Positions 52,090 through 62,257 of a stretch of DNA of 64,000 bases are shown piece after piece. Where the stretch lies: positions 999,848 to 1,063,847 of the forward strand of contig CAWFGP010000001.1 in the NCBI GenBank assembly GCA_963815515.1, given 5' to 3'. This stretch comes from an uncultured Gemmatimonadales bacterium (GTDB taxonomy: Bacteria > Gemmatimonadota > Gemmatimonadetes > Gemmatimonadales > GWC2-71-9). A model generated the notes under the pieces. It was not told the origin of the DNA. It ran no database searches and was given only the letters and a program-made list of their open reading frames with translations. A program made the translations under genes and the position numbers. The number at the start of each line of letters is the position of its first letter. Within the stretch, counting starts at the first letter, position 1.

Positions 52090-53526
52090 ATGCCTGACGG
52101 CTCCATGCCCCATGGCGATGCCGAGCCCGAGCGGCCGTTCGGCAACTGGCGCCCACTCCTGATCGCGGCGCTGCTCACGTGCGTGCTGGCGCTGTACAAC
52201 CACTTTCCGCTGACCTACCCGGACACCGGGAACTACCTCGACAACGCCCGCGACCTCCTCCGCGGGCACCGCCCGCGGTTCTTCTTCCGGCCACTGACCT
52301 ACGGCATCTTCCTGGCGCCATTCGCCAATCCTTTCACGCTCTGGCTGCTGCCGGTGGTACAGGGGATGCTGGTGGTGGCCGTGACGGGCCTCGCCCTCCG
52401 AAGTGCCGCGATCTCACTTCCGGGGCGCGCGCTCGTCGGGCTCTTCGCGGTGCTCTCCGCCGTGACGAGCCTGCCCTGGTTCTCCGGTCAGATCATGCCG
52501 GACATCTTCACGCCGATCGTGATCCTGCTGTCGTTCGTGCTCGTGTGGGCGCCGGTCCCGGGCACGCGCACGTCGTGGCCGGCGTTCGCCCTGCTCTCGT
52601 TCGCGATCGCCGCGCACCTCAGTCACCTTCCCCTCTACGGTCTCCTCATGCTCGCCGGGCTGAGCGCGCGCATGGTGATCGATCCCGGCATTCGTTCCTG
52701 GCGCCGGGCCGGCCCGCTGGCGCTCCGCGCGGCGGGGCCGCTCGCGGTGGCCGTGCTGCTGGTGGTTGCGCCGAACTACGTGTTCCACCGGCAGGCCGTC
52801 CTCTCGCGCAGCTCCAGCACCTTCACCCTGGCGCACCTGATCGAGGACGGGGCGGCACAGCGATATCTCGACCGGGCCTGCCCGGTCCGGAGGTATTCGC
52901 TGTGCGCCGACCGGGCCGAGCTTCGCGCCGACAACGACTGGTTCCTGTGGAGCACCACCGGCCCGCGGGCCCGTAGCGAGGAGGCCATGGCCCGCGGCGA
53001 CTCGACATTCCTGCACGAAGCTCCGCTCATCGTTGCGGGCACGCTTCGGCAGGAATGGCCCGGGATCCTCGGGCGATCGCTTCGGGCCAGCGCCGAGCAG
53101 CTCGGCACATTCGGAATACATCCGGGCGCGCACAGCTTCTCCGCCTCCGTCGCCGCCTCGATGGACCGGCTCGGTCCGGGAGTGGGGCGCGCCTACCGCG
53201 CCTCGCGCCAGGTGAACCGCGCGCTGCCGACCGGCACGGCCACCCGGCTGCACTATGCCGCCGTCGGCGTGGCCCTGCTCGCGCTCCTGTGGGCCCTGCC
53301 GCGGTTGGGCGGCGCGCAGCACCGCCCGTTCCGCCTCCTCGTGGCCACCGTGTTTCTCGGGCTGGTCGTCAACGCCGGCGTGCTCGCCACCCTGTCGACG
53401 GTGCATCCCCGCTACCAGAGCCGCGTGGTCTGGCTGGTGGTGCTGGTGGGAGCCGTGGCCGCGCTCCAGGTGGTTGAAGACCGCCGGGCGGCGCGCCTGC
53501 CAGCTTCTGCTCCATCGGAATCGTGA
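52090..53526 (+). CDS. Polytopic membrane protein of unknown function (GT-C-like topology)
   Basis: It has 9 or more hydrophobic segments followed by a soluble region (FTLAHLIEDGAAQRYLDRACP). It starts at ATG 52090 (MPDGSMPHG). No diagnostic motif was recognised. Confidence 0.55.
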   Translation: MPDGSMPHGDAEPERPFGNWRPLLIAALLTCVLALYNHFPLTYPDTGNYLDNARDLLRGHRPRFFFRPLTYGIFLAPFANPFTLWLLPVVQGMLVVAVTGLALRSAAISLPGRALVGLFAVLSAVTSLPWFSGQIMPDIFTPIVILLSFVLVWAPVPGTRTSWPAFALLSFAIAAHLSHLPLYGLLMLAGLSARMVIDPGIRSWRRAGPLALRAAGPLAVAVLLVVAPNYVFHRQAVLSRSSSTFTLAHLIEDGAAQRYLDRACPVRRYSLCADRAELRADNDWFLWSTTGPRARSEEAMARGDSTFLHEAPLIVAGTLRQEWPGILGRSLRASAEQLGTFGIHPGAHSFSASVAASMDRLGPGVGRAYRASRQVNRALPTGTATRLHYAAVGVALLALLWALPRLGGAQHRPFRLLVATVFLGLVVNAGVLATLSTVHPRYQSRVVWLVVLVGAVAALQVVEDRRAARLPASAPSES

Positions 53527-53579
53527 GTAGTGTTTGGGAGCCGCCAGCCGCGGCACCTCACCGAACGCCGAGACCACCC

Positions 53580-54128
53580 ATGGCCCGCATTCCACCGCTG
53601 GACTACGACGATGCCCCGCCCGATGCGCGCGCCGCCCACGATCACCACCAGCGCCAGGTCGGACGCATCACCAACATGAAGCGCACCCTGCTCCGCTCGG
53701 TGCCCGCATTTCACGCGCTGATGGAGTGGTATCCGCTCCGGGACACGGTGCGTCCGTTCCTGGGCGAGCGGCTGACCCACCTGTTCGCCCACGCGGTCTC
53801 CGCCGAGAACGACTGCCTCATTTGCTCGACCTTCTTTCGCCGGCTCCTGATCGAGTCGGGTGAAGATCCCGACGCGCTCGCGCTGAGCGACACGGACCGC
53901 ACGGTCGTGGAGTTCGGCCGGCAGCTCGGCCGCGACGCGCACGGTGTGTCGAACGAGCTCTATGCCGCGCTCGCGCGTCTCTACTCGCCGGAGCAGATCG
54001 TGGCGCTCACCGCGTTCGGCGCCATCATGCTCGCGACCAACGTCTTCAACAATGTGCTGCGGGTGGACCTCGACGGATATCTCGAGCCGTACCGCGCTGC
54101 GGCCGCGCCGCGGGCGGGAGGCCGCTGA
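53580..54128 (+). CDS. Carboxymuconolactone decarboxylase / AhpD-like family protein
   Basis: MARIPPLDYDD...NMKRTLLRSVPAF...SAENDCLICSTFF, with a CxxC in AhpD-like context. Confidence 0.7.
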   Translation: MARIPPLDYDDAPPDARAAHDHHQRQVGRITNMKRTLLRSVPAFHALMEWYPLRDTVRPFLGERLTHLFAHAVSAENDCLICSTFFRRLLIESGEDPDALALSDTDRTVVEFGRQLGRDAHGVSNELYAALARLYSPEQIVALTAFGAIMLATNVFNNVLRVDLDGYLEPYRAAAAPRAGGR

Positions 54129-54931
54129 TGGCGCGTTTCACCGGCAAGGTCGCGCTCATCACCGGCGCCGCGCACGGCCAGGGCCGCGCCGCGGCCGTCG
54201 CGCTGGCGCGCGAAGGCGCTCGGATCGCGGCACTCGACGTGGCCCGGCCACTGGCCTACCCTGGCTACACCCTCGGCTCCCGCGCCGACCTCGCCGGGCT
54301 GGCCGCGGAGTGCCGGCGCCTCGGGACCCTGTGCCTCACCTTCGCCGCCGACGTTCGGGACGACGCGGCCGTCACGGCCGCCGTGGACGCCACGGTCGAG
54401 GCGTACGGACGGATCGACATCCTGTTCAACAACGCGGGCATCTGCGCCTACGGGCTGGCTCACGAGTTGACCGAGGATGCGTGGGACGCAATGATCGACA
54501 TCAACCTCAAGGGGAGCTGGTTGGTGGCGCGACGGGTGATTCCGGTGATGATCGCCCAGCGCTCGGGCGTCATCCTCAACAACTCGAGCGTAGCAGGGCT
54601 CCGCGGCATGGGCCGGCTGAGTCACTACGCCGCATCGAAGTGGGGACTCACCGGTCTCACCAAGTCGTGGGCCATCGAGCTGGCGCCACACGGGATCCGG
54701 GTCAACTCGATCCACCCGACCGGGGTCAACACCCCGATGAACGACGGGCTGGCCGCGCTCGAGGGGCTGACGCCGAACGAGATTGCCGAGCGCTCGGCCG
54801 GCAACCTGCTCCCCGTGCCCTGGGTCGAGCCCGAAGACGTGGCGGCCGCGGTGCTCTATCTCGCCTCGGATGACGCGCGCTACGTGACCGGTGCGCAGTT
54901 CGTGATCGACGCCGGCCTCCTCACCCGGTGA
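54128..54931 (+). CDS. Short-chain dehydrogenase/reductase (carveol-dehydrogenase-like subgroup)
   Basis: VALITGAAHGQGRAAA, NNAG, and S...YAASK (YxxxK). An insertion DVARPLAYPGYTLGS follows beta-2. The start overlaps the upstream stop (TGATG). Confidence 0.85.
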   Translation: MARFTGKVALITGAAHGQGRAAAVALAREGARIAALDVARPLAYPGYTLGSRADLAGLAAECRRLGTLCLTFAADVRDDAAVTAAVDATVEAYGRIDILFNNAGICAYGLAHELTEDAWDAMIDINLKGSWLVARRVIPVMIAQRSGVILNNSSVAGLRGMGRLSHYAASKWGLTGLTKSWAIELAPHGIRVNSIHPTGVNTPMNDGLAALEGLTPNEIAERSAGNLLPVPWVEPEDVAAAVLYLASDDARYVTGAQFVIDAGLLTR

Positions 54932-56238
54932 CGGGAATGGATGACGCCCCGACCCGCCAGTTCGGCTTCGAGACCCGCATGCTCCACGCCGGGCATGTGC
55001 CCGACGCGCTCACCGGTGCGCGCGCCGTCCCGATCTACCAGACCACCTCCTACGTCTTCGACGACGCCGACACCGCCGCGCAGCTGTTCGAGCTCAAGCA
55101 ATACGGCAACATCTACACCCGCATCGGCAACCCGACGACGGCGGTCCTCGAGGAACGCCTCGCGTCGCTCGAGAACGCCACCGGCGCGGTGGCGGTGGCG
55201 AGCGGGATGGCCGCCCAGTTCGTGGCCCTCATGACGCTGCTCTCGCCGGGCGACGAGATCGTGGCGTCCTCGCATCTCTACGGCGGGACCGTCACCCAGC
55301 TCACGCACACGTTCCGGAAGCTCTCGGTCGGGGTCCGGTTCGTGGACCCGACACGGCTCGAGCACTGGGAGCAGGCCATCACGCCCGGCACCCGCGCGCT
55401 CTACGGCGAGACGGTGGGCAACCCGCGGGGCAGCATTCTCGACCTCGAGCCGCTGGCGGCGCTCGCCCAGCGCCACCGGATCCCGCTCATCGTCGACAAC
55501 ACCTTCGCCACGCCGTATCTCTGCCGGCCGATGGACTGGGGCGCCACGATCGTGGTCCACTCCGCCACCAAGTTCATCGGCGGCCATGGCAACAGCATCG
55601 GCGGGGCGGTGCTGGAATCGGGCAGGTTCGATTACAGCCACATACCGGCGATCGCGGACCCATCGCCCTCATACCACGGGCTTCGGTTCTTCGACACCTT
55701 CGGCCACTACGGCTTCCTGATGAAGGTTCGCGCCGAGACCGTGCGGGACACCGGCGCCTGCCTCTCGCCGACCAACGCGTTCCTTCTGCTGCAGGGGCTC
55801 GAGACGCTCTCGCTCCGGATGGAGCGGCACGCGGAGAACGCGCTCGCGGTCGCCCGCTTCCTGCGCGACCATCCTCGCGTAGCCTGGGTGGCCTACGCAG
55901 GGCTGGAGGATCATCCCGAGCACGCGCTGGCTCAGAAGTACCTGGGGGGCCGCCCCGGTGCGGTCTTCTCGTTCGGCCTCGAGACGGCCGACGGCGACGG
56001 ACGGGCCGCCGGACGCCGGTTCATCGACGCGCTGCGGCTGTTCTCCCATCTCGCCAACGTGGGCGACGCGCGGAGCCTGGTGATTCACCCTGCCTCGACC
56101 ACGCACCAGCAACTGAGCGAGGAGGAGCTGGTGCGCGGAGGGGTGGCGCCGGAGCTGATCCGGCTGTCGGTGGGACTCGAAACCCTGGAGGACCTCCTGT
56201 GGGACCTGGATCAGGCCCTGCATGCGACCTTCGCCTGA
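54928..56238 (+). CDS. metY: O-acetylhomoserine/O-acetylserine sulfhydrylase (PLP, Cys/Met metabolism family)
   Basis: FETRMLHAG...AVPIYQTTSYVFDD...GNIYTRIGNPT...HSATKFIGGHGNSIGG. Confidence 0.9.
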   Translation: MTGMDDAPTRQFGFETRMLHAGHVPDALTGARAVPIYQTTSYVFDDADTAAQLFELKQYGNIYTRIGNPTTAVLEERLASLENATGAVAVASGMAAQFVALMTLLSPGDEIVASSHLYGGTVTQLTHTFRKLSVGVRFVDPTRLEHWEQAITPGTRALYGETVGNPRGSILDLEPLAALAQRHRIPLIVDNTFATPYLCRPMDWGATIVVHSATKFIGGHGNSIGGAVLESGRFDYSHIPAIADPSPSYHGLRFFDTFGHYGFLMKVRAETVRDTGACLSPTNAFLLLQGLETLSLRMERHAENALAVARFLRDHPRVAWVAYAGLEDHPEHALAQKYLGGRPGAVFSFGLETADGDGRAAGRRFIDALRLFSHLANVGDARSLVIHPASTTHQQLSEEELVRGGVAPELIRLSVGLETLEDLLWDLDQALHATFA

Positions 56239-56744
56239 ACACGACGCTCACCGACGAGGAGCGGCGGCGATATCAGGATCAGGCGGTCATCCGCCGGCTC
56301 CTCGCCACCGCGCGCACCGTCGCGATCGTCGGCATGTCGGCCGACCCGCAGAAGGCCAGCGCATTCGTCGCGAGCTATCTCCAGCACGAGGGCTATCGGG
56401 TGATCCCGGTGAACCCGCGCGGCGGCCGCGTCCTGGGCGAAACGATCTACCCTGACCTGGCGAGCATCCCGGTTCCGGTCGACATCGTCGACGTCTTCCG
56501 GCCACCGGCGGAGGCGCCCGGGTTCGCGCGCCAGGCGGTAGCCATCGGCGCGAAGGCCTTCTGGCTCCAGCTTCGGATCGTGAATTTCGAGGCCGCCGAG
56601 CTGGCGACCGCCGCCGGGCTCGACGTCGTGATGGACCGCTGCCTCAAGATGGAGCACGGCCGATTCGACGGCACGCTCCACTGGGGCGGGATGAACACCG
56701 AGATCATCAGCGCGCGGAAAGCGCCGCTGCCGCGGCGGCGCTGA
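56199..56744 (+). CDS. CoA-binding domain protein (YccU/YneT-like)
   Basis: TVAIVGMSADPQKASAFVASYLQHEGYRVIPVNP...VDIVDVFRP. The start is uncertain; GTG 56199 overlaps metY by 40 nt. Confidence 0.75.
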   Translation: MGPGSGPACDLRLNTTLTDEERRRYQDQAVIRRLLATARTVAIVGMSADPQKASAFVASYLQHEGYRVIPVNPRGGRVLGETIYPDLASIPVPVDIVDVFRPPAEAPGFARQAVAIGAKAFWLQLRIVNFEAAELATAAGLDVVMDRCLKMEHGRFDGTLHWGGMNTEIISARKAPLPRRR

Positions 56745-56751
56745 TCCGGAC

Positions 56752-57486
56752 TCAGGCCCCGCCGCGCCTCCGGGCACGCGCATGGGCCACGCGGTCCCCG
56801 ACGATGAGGACGCTCGACCAGATCAGCCCCACCGTATAGCCGGCCACCACGTCGCTCGGATAGTGCACCCCCAGATAAATGCGGGAGAATCCGATCGCGA
56901 GGATCAGCAGAGCGGCGACACTCCAGACCAGCCATCGGAGCGCCGGGTGCTGCAGCCGGGGGGCCAGGAGTGCCGCTCCGGCGGTGAAGAAGCAGAAGGC
57001 GAAGAGCGCATGGCCGCTCGGAAAGCTGTAACTCTCCGGGAGCGAGTATCCGAAGTAGGGCGCCGGGCGGGCGCGCCGGAAGGCGAGCTTGAGGGTCGTA
57101 TCGAGGACGCTGGCGCCCGCCATCGCCACGAACAGGACAATCGCGCCGCGCCACCACCGATGCGCCACGAAGACCGCCATGAGGATCACCCCGAGCACTA
57201 CCAGCACCGACGGCCCGCCCAGGTGGCTCACGAGCCTGAGAGAGTGCGTCAGGCGGGGAGTCGCGAGCGCGTGCGTCGCCGCCCGGACCCGCATGTCGAA
57301 CGCCATGGTGCTGCCCTCGAGCATCTCGTCGGCCAGCCAGCCGAACAGGAACAGCGCGAGGACCGCGACCGCCAGCCCGACCAGGCTCGCCAGCCCGAAG
57401 ACCGTATCGGTCGCGACGGTCGGTGCAGTATCAGGTGGTGCCGCGGCGACGGTCGACCGACGACCGCTCGGACGGAGACCCGACAA
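56752..57486 (-). CDS. PAP2-family lipid phosphatase (undecaprenyl-diphosphatase-like)
   Basis: The PAP2 tripartite motif is KLAFRRARP ... PSGH ... SRIYLGVHYPSDV, within a multi-TM protein. Confidence 0.85.
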   Translation of the reverse strand: MSGLRPSGRRSTVAAAPPDTAPTVATDTVFGLASLVGLAVAVLALFLFGWLADEMLEGSTMAFDMRVRAATHALATPRLTHSLRLVSHLGGPSVLVVLGVILMAVFVAHRWWRGAIVLFVAMAGASVLDTTLKLAFRRARPAPYFGYSLPESYSFPSGHALFAFCFFTAGAALLAPRLQHPALRWLVWSVAALLILAIGFSRIYLGVHYPSDVVAGYTVGLIWSSVLIVGDRVAHARARRRGGA

Positions 57487-57548
57487 GTGCCCTCCAGGAG
57501 GTTACTGAGTGAACAATAAGCCTGAGCGCTCGCTCTGAAGAAAGACGC

Positions 57549-57740
57549 TTGACACCGGCGGGACACTTTCCCAAGTTGCGACCCATGCAAACGCACCCGT
57601 GGCAAACCACCTCGATGTGTAGCCCCCGCTCCATGTGTGCGGATGGGGGCCTGGTACATGCGCGTCGCTGAATCCTTTCATGCAGCGATCTCACGATTCG
57701 CGGTACCGCACCCACCCTTGCCCGGTGGGTGTTTCGTTTC
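57549..57740 (+). promoter_or_regulatory. Candidate promoter plus structured 5' leader with terminator-like hairpin upstream of the hydrolase gene
   Basis: TTGACA (57549-57554), N17, then CAAGTT. Hairpins are tcgctg/cagcga (about 57664-57689) and cacccacc - 7 nt - ggtgggtg (57708-57730). The latter is followed by TTTCGTTTCC, 50 nt before the ATG at 57790. Confidence 0.3.
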
Positions 57741-57786
57741 CGGACCGTTTCGATTTCCCCACGCAGGTTGTGATCACAAGGAGTAG

Positions 57787-58647
<861 letters not shown>

Positions 58648-58661
58648 GTCCTGACGAACGT

Positions 58662-58695
58662 GAACGCCCCGCCGATGTGGTTCGGCGGGGCGTTC
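58662..58695. terminator. Perfect 13-bp GC-rich hairpin between convergent genes
   Basis: gaacgccccgccg - atgtggtt - cggcggggcgttc. It starts 15 nt after the hydrolase stop and lies about 80 nt from the stop of the convergent RCC1 gene. There is no U-tract. Confidence 0.5.
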
Positions 58696-58773
58696 GTGTC
58701 GGACGCGGCCTGGTGCGCCTGATGAAGTCCAGGTTCTACGCCACAAAGGAGGTTCACGAGGGGCGCGACCTCC

Positions 58774-60288
58774 TCACGGTCTCGCGAACACGAGCCCTCC
58801 ACTCACCGCCTGCGGATCGCTCGTGAACTGGCCCCCGGAGCTGGAGCCCAGCTGGCCGTACAGGTTGTCGCCCCAGCAGTAGCCCGCCCCGAGGGAAGTG
58901 ACACCGCAGGTGTAGTCGTATCCGGCCGAGATCGCGATCAGGCTCAGGCCGCCGCCGACCGCTTTCGGCGTGGGGCTCGGCTGGCTGGACTCGGTCGCAC
59001 TTCCGAGCTGACCGATCACGTTCGAACCCCAACAGTACGCGCCGCCGCCGGCGACGAGCCCGCACGAGTGCGCGTGGCCTGCCGTGAGGCTGATGAAGAT
59101 CAGGTTCCCTTCGACCGGAGTGGGGGCGGTGACAGGCACCCCGGTGCTCAGCTCCAGGGTCGTACCGAGCTGCCCCCGATCGTTGTTTCCCCAGCAGTAG
59201 GCCGCGCCTGCGGCCGTGAGACCGCAGGTGTGGGTGCCCCCGCCGATGAGACTGGCGAAGACAACGTCGCCCGCGACGAGCTGCGGGGTGGGCGTGGGCA
59301 TGCTCGTGTTCAGGTTCAGCGTGGTGCCGAGCTGGCCGAAATTGTTGCGGCCCCAGCACCACGCGGCGCCTGCGGCGGTGAGCCCGCAGGTGTGGCTCTC
59401 GCCCGCCGCGATCTGGGTGAAGGCCGCGCTCGAGGCGACGGGCGTGGGCGTGGGCGTAGGCGTCACCCCCCCGGCATTGACCTCGGTGCCGAGCTGTCCC
59501 CAAAGATTGTAGCCCCAGCAATACACGGTGCCATCGGCGGTGAGCCCGCACGCGTGGCCATTGCCGGCCTTCAACGCGACAAACATGTGGTTCCCGCTGA
59601 CCGGCAGCGGCGCCGGGTTCGGCACCAAGGTGCCGCTGTTGGTCGGGTTACCGAGCGAGCCGACGGCGTTGTTGCCCCAGCAGTAGGCGGGGCCTGCGGC
59701 GGTGAGTCCGCAGGTAAATCCGGAGCCGGCCGCGAGGGTCGTGAACGCGAGGCCGCCCTGCACCAGCAGCGGCGACGGATTGGGCGTGCTGGTTTCCAGG
59801 TTCGTCGAGTTGCCGAGCTCCCCCTGGGTGTTCCGTCCCCAGCAATAGGCCGCGCCGTTGCTCGTGAGCCCGCACGTGTGCTGGACGCCGGCCACGATGG
59901 TGCCGCTCAACAGCGCAGTCACGCGGACTGGAATGACCGCGGAGGTACCGCTCCCGTCAGTCACAGTCACCGTACAGTTGCCGACCGCCGTTGCGGCCAC
60001 GGTGAACTTGCCCGGGCTGCGGTTCAGCCGTCTGGGACTCACGCTCACGCAGGTGGGGTCGGAGACCGTGAGCACGATCGCGCCCGTGGCAGGGGTGGTC
60101 GTGGTCAGCGTGGCGGTCTCGCCGATCGCGGTGAAGGCCAGCTGCGGCGGGGTGACCTTGAGTCGGCTGGCGGTCTTGGCGAGCGGCGCTCCGACTGGAG
60201 CCCTGGGGGCGGTCGGCGGCTCAGTCATGCAGGCGGCGAGCAGTCCCGCCGCGGACATGCTGGCGAGGGTCGAGCGGAGCAAGGACAT
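58774..60288 (-). CDS. Lipoprotein with N-terminal Ig-like domain and seven RCC1-like beta-propeller repeats
   Basis: MSLLRSTLASMSAAGLLAAC is a lipobox. Seven repeats follow the pattern H(T/A/S)CG(L/V)Txx...YCWGxNxxGQLG. Confidence 0.85.
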   Translation of the reverse strand: MSLLRSTLASMSAAGLLAACMTEPPTAPRAPVGAPLAKTASRLKVTPPQLAFTAIGETATLTTTTPATGAIVLTVSDPTCVSVSPRRLNRSPGKFTVAATAVGNCTVTVTDGSGTSAVIPVRVTALLSGTIVAGVQHTCGLTSNGAAYCWGRNTQGELGNSTNLETSTPNPSPLLVQGGLAFTTLAAGSGFTCGLTAAGPAYCWGNNAVGSLGNPTNSGTLVPNPAPLPVSGNHMFVALKAGNGHACGLTADGTVYCWGYNLWGQLGTEVNAGGVTPTPTPTPVASSAAFTQIAAGESHTCGLTAAGAAWCWGRNNFGQLGTTLNLNTSMPTPTPQLVAGDVVFASLIGGGTHTCGLTAAGAAYCWGNNDRGQLGTTLELSTGVPVTAPTPVEGNLIFISLTAGHAHSCGLVAGGGAYCWGSNVIGQLGSATESSQPSPTPKAVGGGLSLIAISAGYDYTCGVTSLGAGYCWGDNLYGQLGSSSGGQFTSDPQAVSGGLVFARP

Positions 60289-60691
60289 GGTGCCCCTCCC
60301 TGAGGGTGCGGGTGCGGCGGCAGCAGTGGGACGAGAGCGCCGGTGTACCAGGAGATCGAAATCGGCGGCAAAGAGCGGACAGGCAGGATCGAACAGGTGG
60401 GGAGGGGGTTCGAAGAGACGGGTGAAGGCGGATGCCGAGGCCAGTGGGTCGGAGTAAAGCAGCCGCGTCCCGGGCCAGGCGGAGCGCCTCGCGACGGTTG
60501 AAGGGTCCCCGCTCTGTTACGAATGGCAGCTCCCGGCCATTACTCGTGCAGTCACATTCGCATTCCAAGCCACCCCGGTGATCCGCCTCCGAGCCTGGGG
60601 CCTGGAGGGTCACGCACCTCACCGCCACTTTCCCGGTAAGCGCTCGGCGGGTGTGCCGGATCCTGGACCTGGCGGGCTCGAGTCGGAGTCG

Positions 60692-60709
60692 CCGTTCCGG
60701 CCGGAACGG
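60692..60709. other. Perfect 18-bp GC-rich palindrome (ccgttccgg|ccggaacgg)
   Basis: Read directly. It lies about 85 nt downstream of the tRNA-Leu 3' end on the transcribed side, so it could be a transcript end or a protein-binding site. Confidence 0.25.
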
Positions 60710-60793
60710 TCAAGGATGGTTGCAGATCAGCGGGCGTTCAGGCTCGCGCCGAACGGAGAGGAGAGCATCGAAAATAGTGCGGAGATTGTAGGA

Positions 60794-60876
60794 TGCCCGA
60801 GGCGAGAGTCGAACTCGCACGGGGTTGCCCCCGGTGGATTTTGAGTCCACTGCGTCTGCCATTCCGCCACTCGGGC
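60794..60876 (-). tRNA. tRNA-Leu (anticodon CAA), class II with long variable arm
   Basis: The reverse complement GCCCGAG-TG-GCG-GAATGGCAGA-CGC-A-GTGGA-CTCAAAA-TCCAC-CGGGGGCAACCCCGT-GCGAG-TTCGACT-CTCGC-CTCGGGC-A folds into a full cloverleaf of 83 nt. CCA is not encoded. Confidence 0.93.
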
Positions 60877-61020
60877 CTGCGGTATCTTCGCCGCCAAGGG
60901 ACATGATCGCAAGTCGGACCCGCGCGGAGTCGCGCCGGCCGCCGAGGCGGTTCTATATTGCGCCGCTTCGGGCGCGCGGCGGCCGCGCGTCTCACCCACT
61001 TGCTCGAGGTCCAGCACCAC

Positions 61021-61578
61021 GTGCCCAACATTCCCCACCGCAGCTTCCACCCCTGGCACGACATTCCGACCGGCCCGAACCCGCCGACGGAAGTCACGGC
61101 TGTCATCGAGATCCCGACGAACGAGCGCAACAAGTACGAGCTCGACAAGGAGCTGGGCGTGTTCCGCCTCGACCGGGTGTTATACAGCGCCGTGCATTAT
61201 CCGGGCGACTATGGCTTCCTCCCGCGCACCTTCGGCGACGACGGCGATCCGCTCGACGTGCTCGTCCTCATGACCATTCCGGTCTTCACCGGCTGCCTGG
61301 TCAACGCGCGCCCGATCGGGCTGTTCCACCTGGTGGACCGTGGCGCGGCCGACGAGAAGGTGCTCGCGGTGCCGACCGGCGATCCGTACTCGGATGGGCT
61401 CAACGATCTCGGGGACGTGCCGCCGCACTACCTGAAGGAGATCGAGCACTTCTTTCAGGTGTACAAGGATCTCGAGGGGACGCGGACGGTCACGCGGGGG
61501 TTCGAGGGTGCGGCGGCGGCGCGGGAGGCGATTGTGCAGTCGATGGAGGCGTATTCGAGGAAGTTCGGCAATCGGTAG
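61021..61578 (+). CDS. ppa: Inorganic pyrophosphatase (family I)
   Basis: HPWHDIP...VIEIPTNERNKYELDK...LDRVLYSAVHYPGDYGFLPRT...DGDPLDVLV...DEKVLAV. I prefer GTG 61021, which gives 185 aa. The track start at 60958 adds 21 codons. Confidence 0.9.
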   Translation: MPNIPHRSFHPWHDIPTGPNPPTEVTAVIEIPTNERNKYELDKELGVFRLDRVLYSAVHYPGDYGFLPRTFGDDGDPLDVLVLMTIPVFTGCLVNARPIGLFHLVDRGAADEKVLAVPTGDPYSDGLNDLGDVPPHYLKEIEHFFQVYKDLEGTRTVTRGFEGAAAAREAIVQSMEAYSRKFGNR

Positions 61579-61603
61579 GCCGGGCTCGGGATGACGCGCA
61601 CTT

Positions 61604-62254
61604 CTACCGTTCCCCCTCCCCCTCCCCCCGCAGCGACACCGGCGGCCCGAGAATCTCCCGCCACACCACCGCATCCCGCAGCTGCTGGGTCGCGTAGCGC
61701 GGCGTCGCGGTCTTGTCCGCCACCTCCTGGCGGATCCGCTCGTCGAACGCCCGGTGGTCCGCCTTCGTGAGCGGCCTGCCGTGCGCCTCGGCCGCCGCCA
61801 TCCGCCGCGCCACGATCCGCTCCGCCTCGTCGTCCTGATCGACCTCGACCCGCGCCTGCCGCCTGGGATCGCGCTCGAGGCTCTGCACCTCCGGCGCTTC
61901 CTCCAGCGACCCGCGCTCTTCGACCTCCTCCGCCGACGGCAGCCGCCGGTCGGGTGCCCGGCCCACGGGCCCCGAGCCCTGCTCGAGCGTGCGGCCCAGC
62001 TCCCGCAGGAGCGCCTCGAGCTGGCTCCCTTCCCGCTGGCTCGCGTCCGCGCCGGTGACCGGCGGGAGCGGCCTCGGCCGGGCGCCCGGAAGCTGCCGGG
62101 CGCCCGGGCCCGCGGGCGTCGTACCGGAGCGCTGGACCGCCCCGGGAGGCCGACGCGGCGTCGTACCCGTGCCCGTAGGCTTGCTCCCCGCCTTGCGGAT
62201 GGCGTTGATCACCAGCCACGCGAACCCGATGAGCAGCGCCGGGCCGAGATCCAC
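61604..62254 (-). CDS. Hypothetical membrane-anchored protein (N-terminal TM, Pro/Gly-rich linker, charged C-terminal region)
   Basis: MDLGPALLIGFAWLVINAI is a TM segment. The gene starts 3 nt after the floA stop, in the position of the third gene of an nfeD-floA operon. No family was recognised. Confidence 0.5.
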   Translation of the reverse strand: MDLGPALLIGFAWLVINAIRKAGSKPTGTGTTPRRPPGAVQRSGTTPAGPGARQLPGARPRPLPPVTGADASQREGSQLEALLRELGRTLEQGSGPVGRAPDRRLPSAEEVEERGSLEEAPEVQSLERDPRRQARVEVDQDDEAERIVARRMAAAEAHGRPLTKADHRAFDERIRQEVADKTATPRYATQQLRDAVVWREILGPPVSLRGEGEGER

Positions 62255-62257
62255 CGC

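Noticed and set aside
54128-54931. Mycofactocin-coupled SDR assignment for the carveol-dehydrogenase-like SDR
   Set aside because: The subgroup resemblance is by eye only, and no mft biosynthesis genes are in the window.
61612-61629. C5-T-C5-T-C6 tract as a G4/i-motif element
   Set aside because: It has only three long runs, and it is simply the coding sequence for the GEGEGER C-terminus of the minus-strand hypothetical gene.
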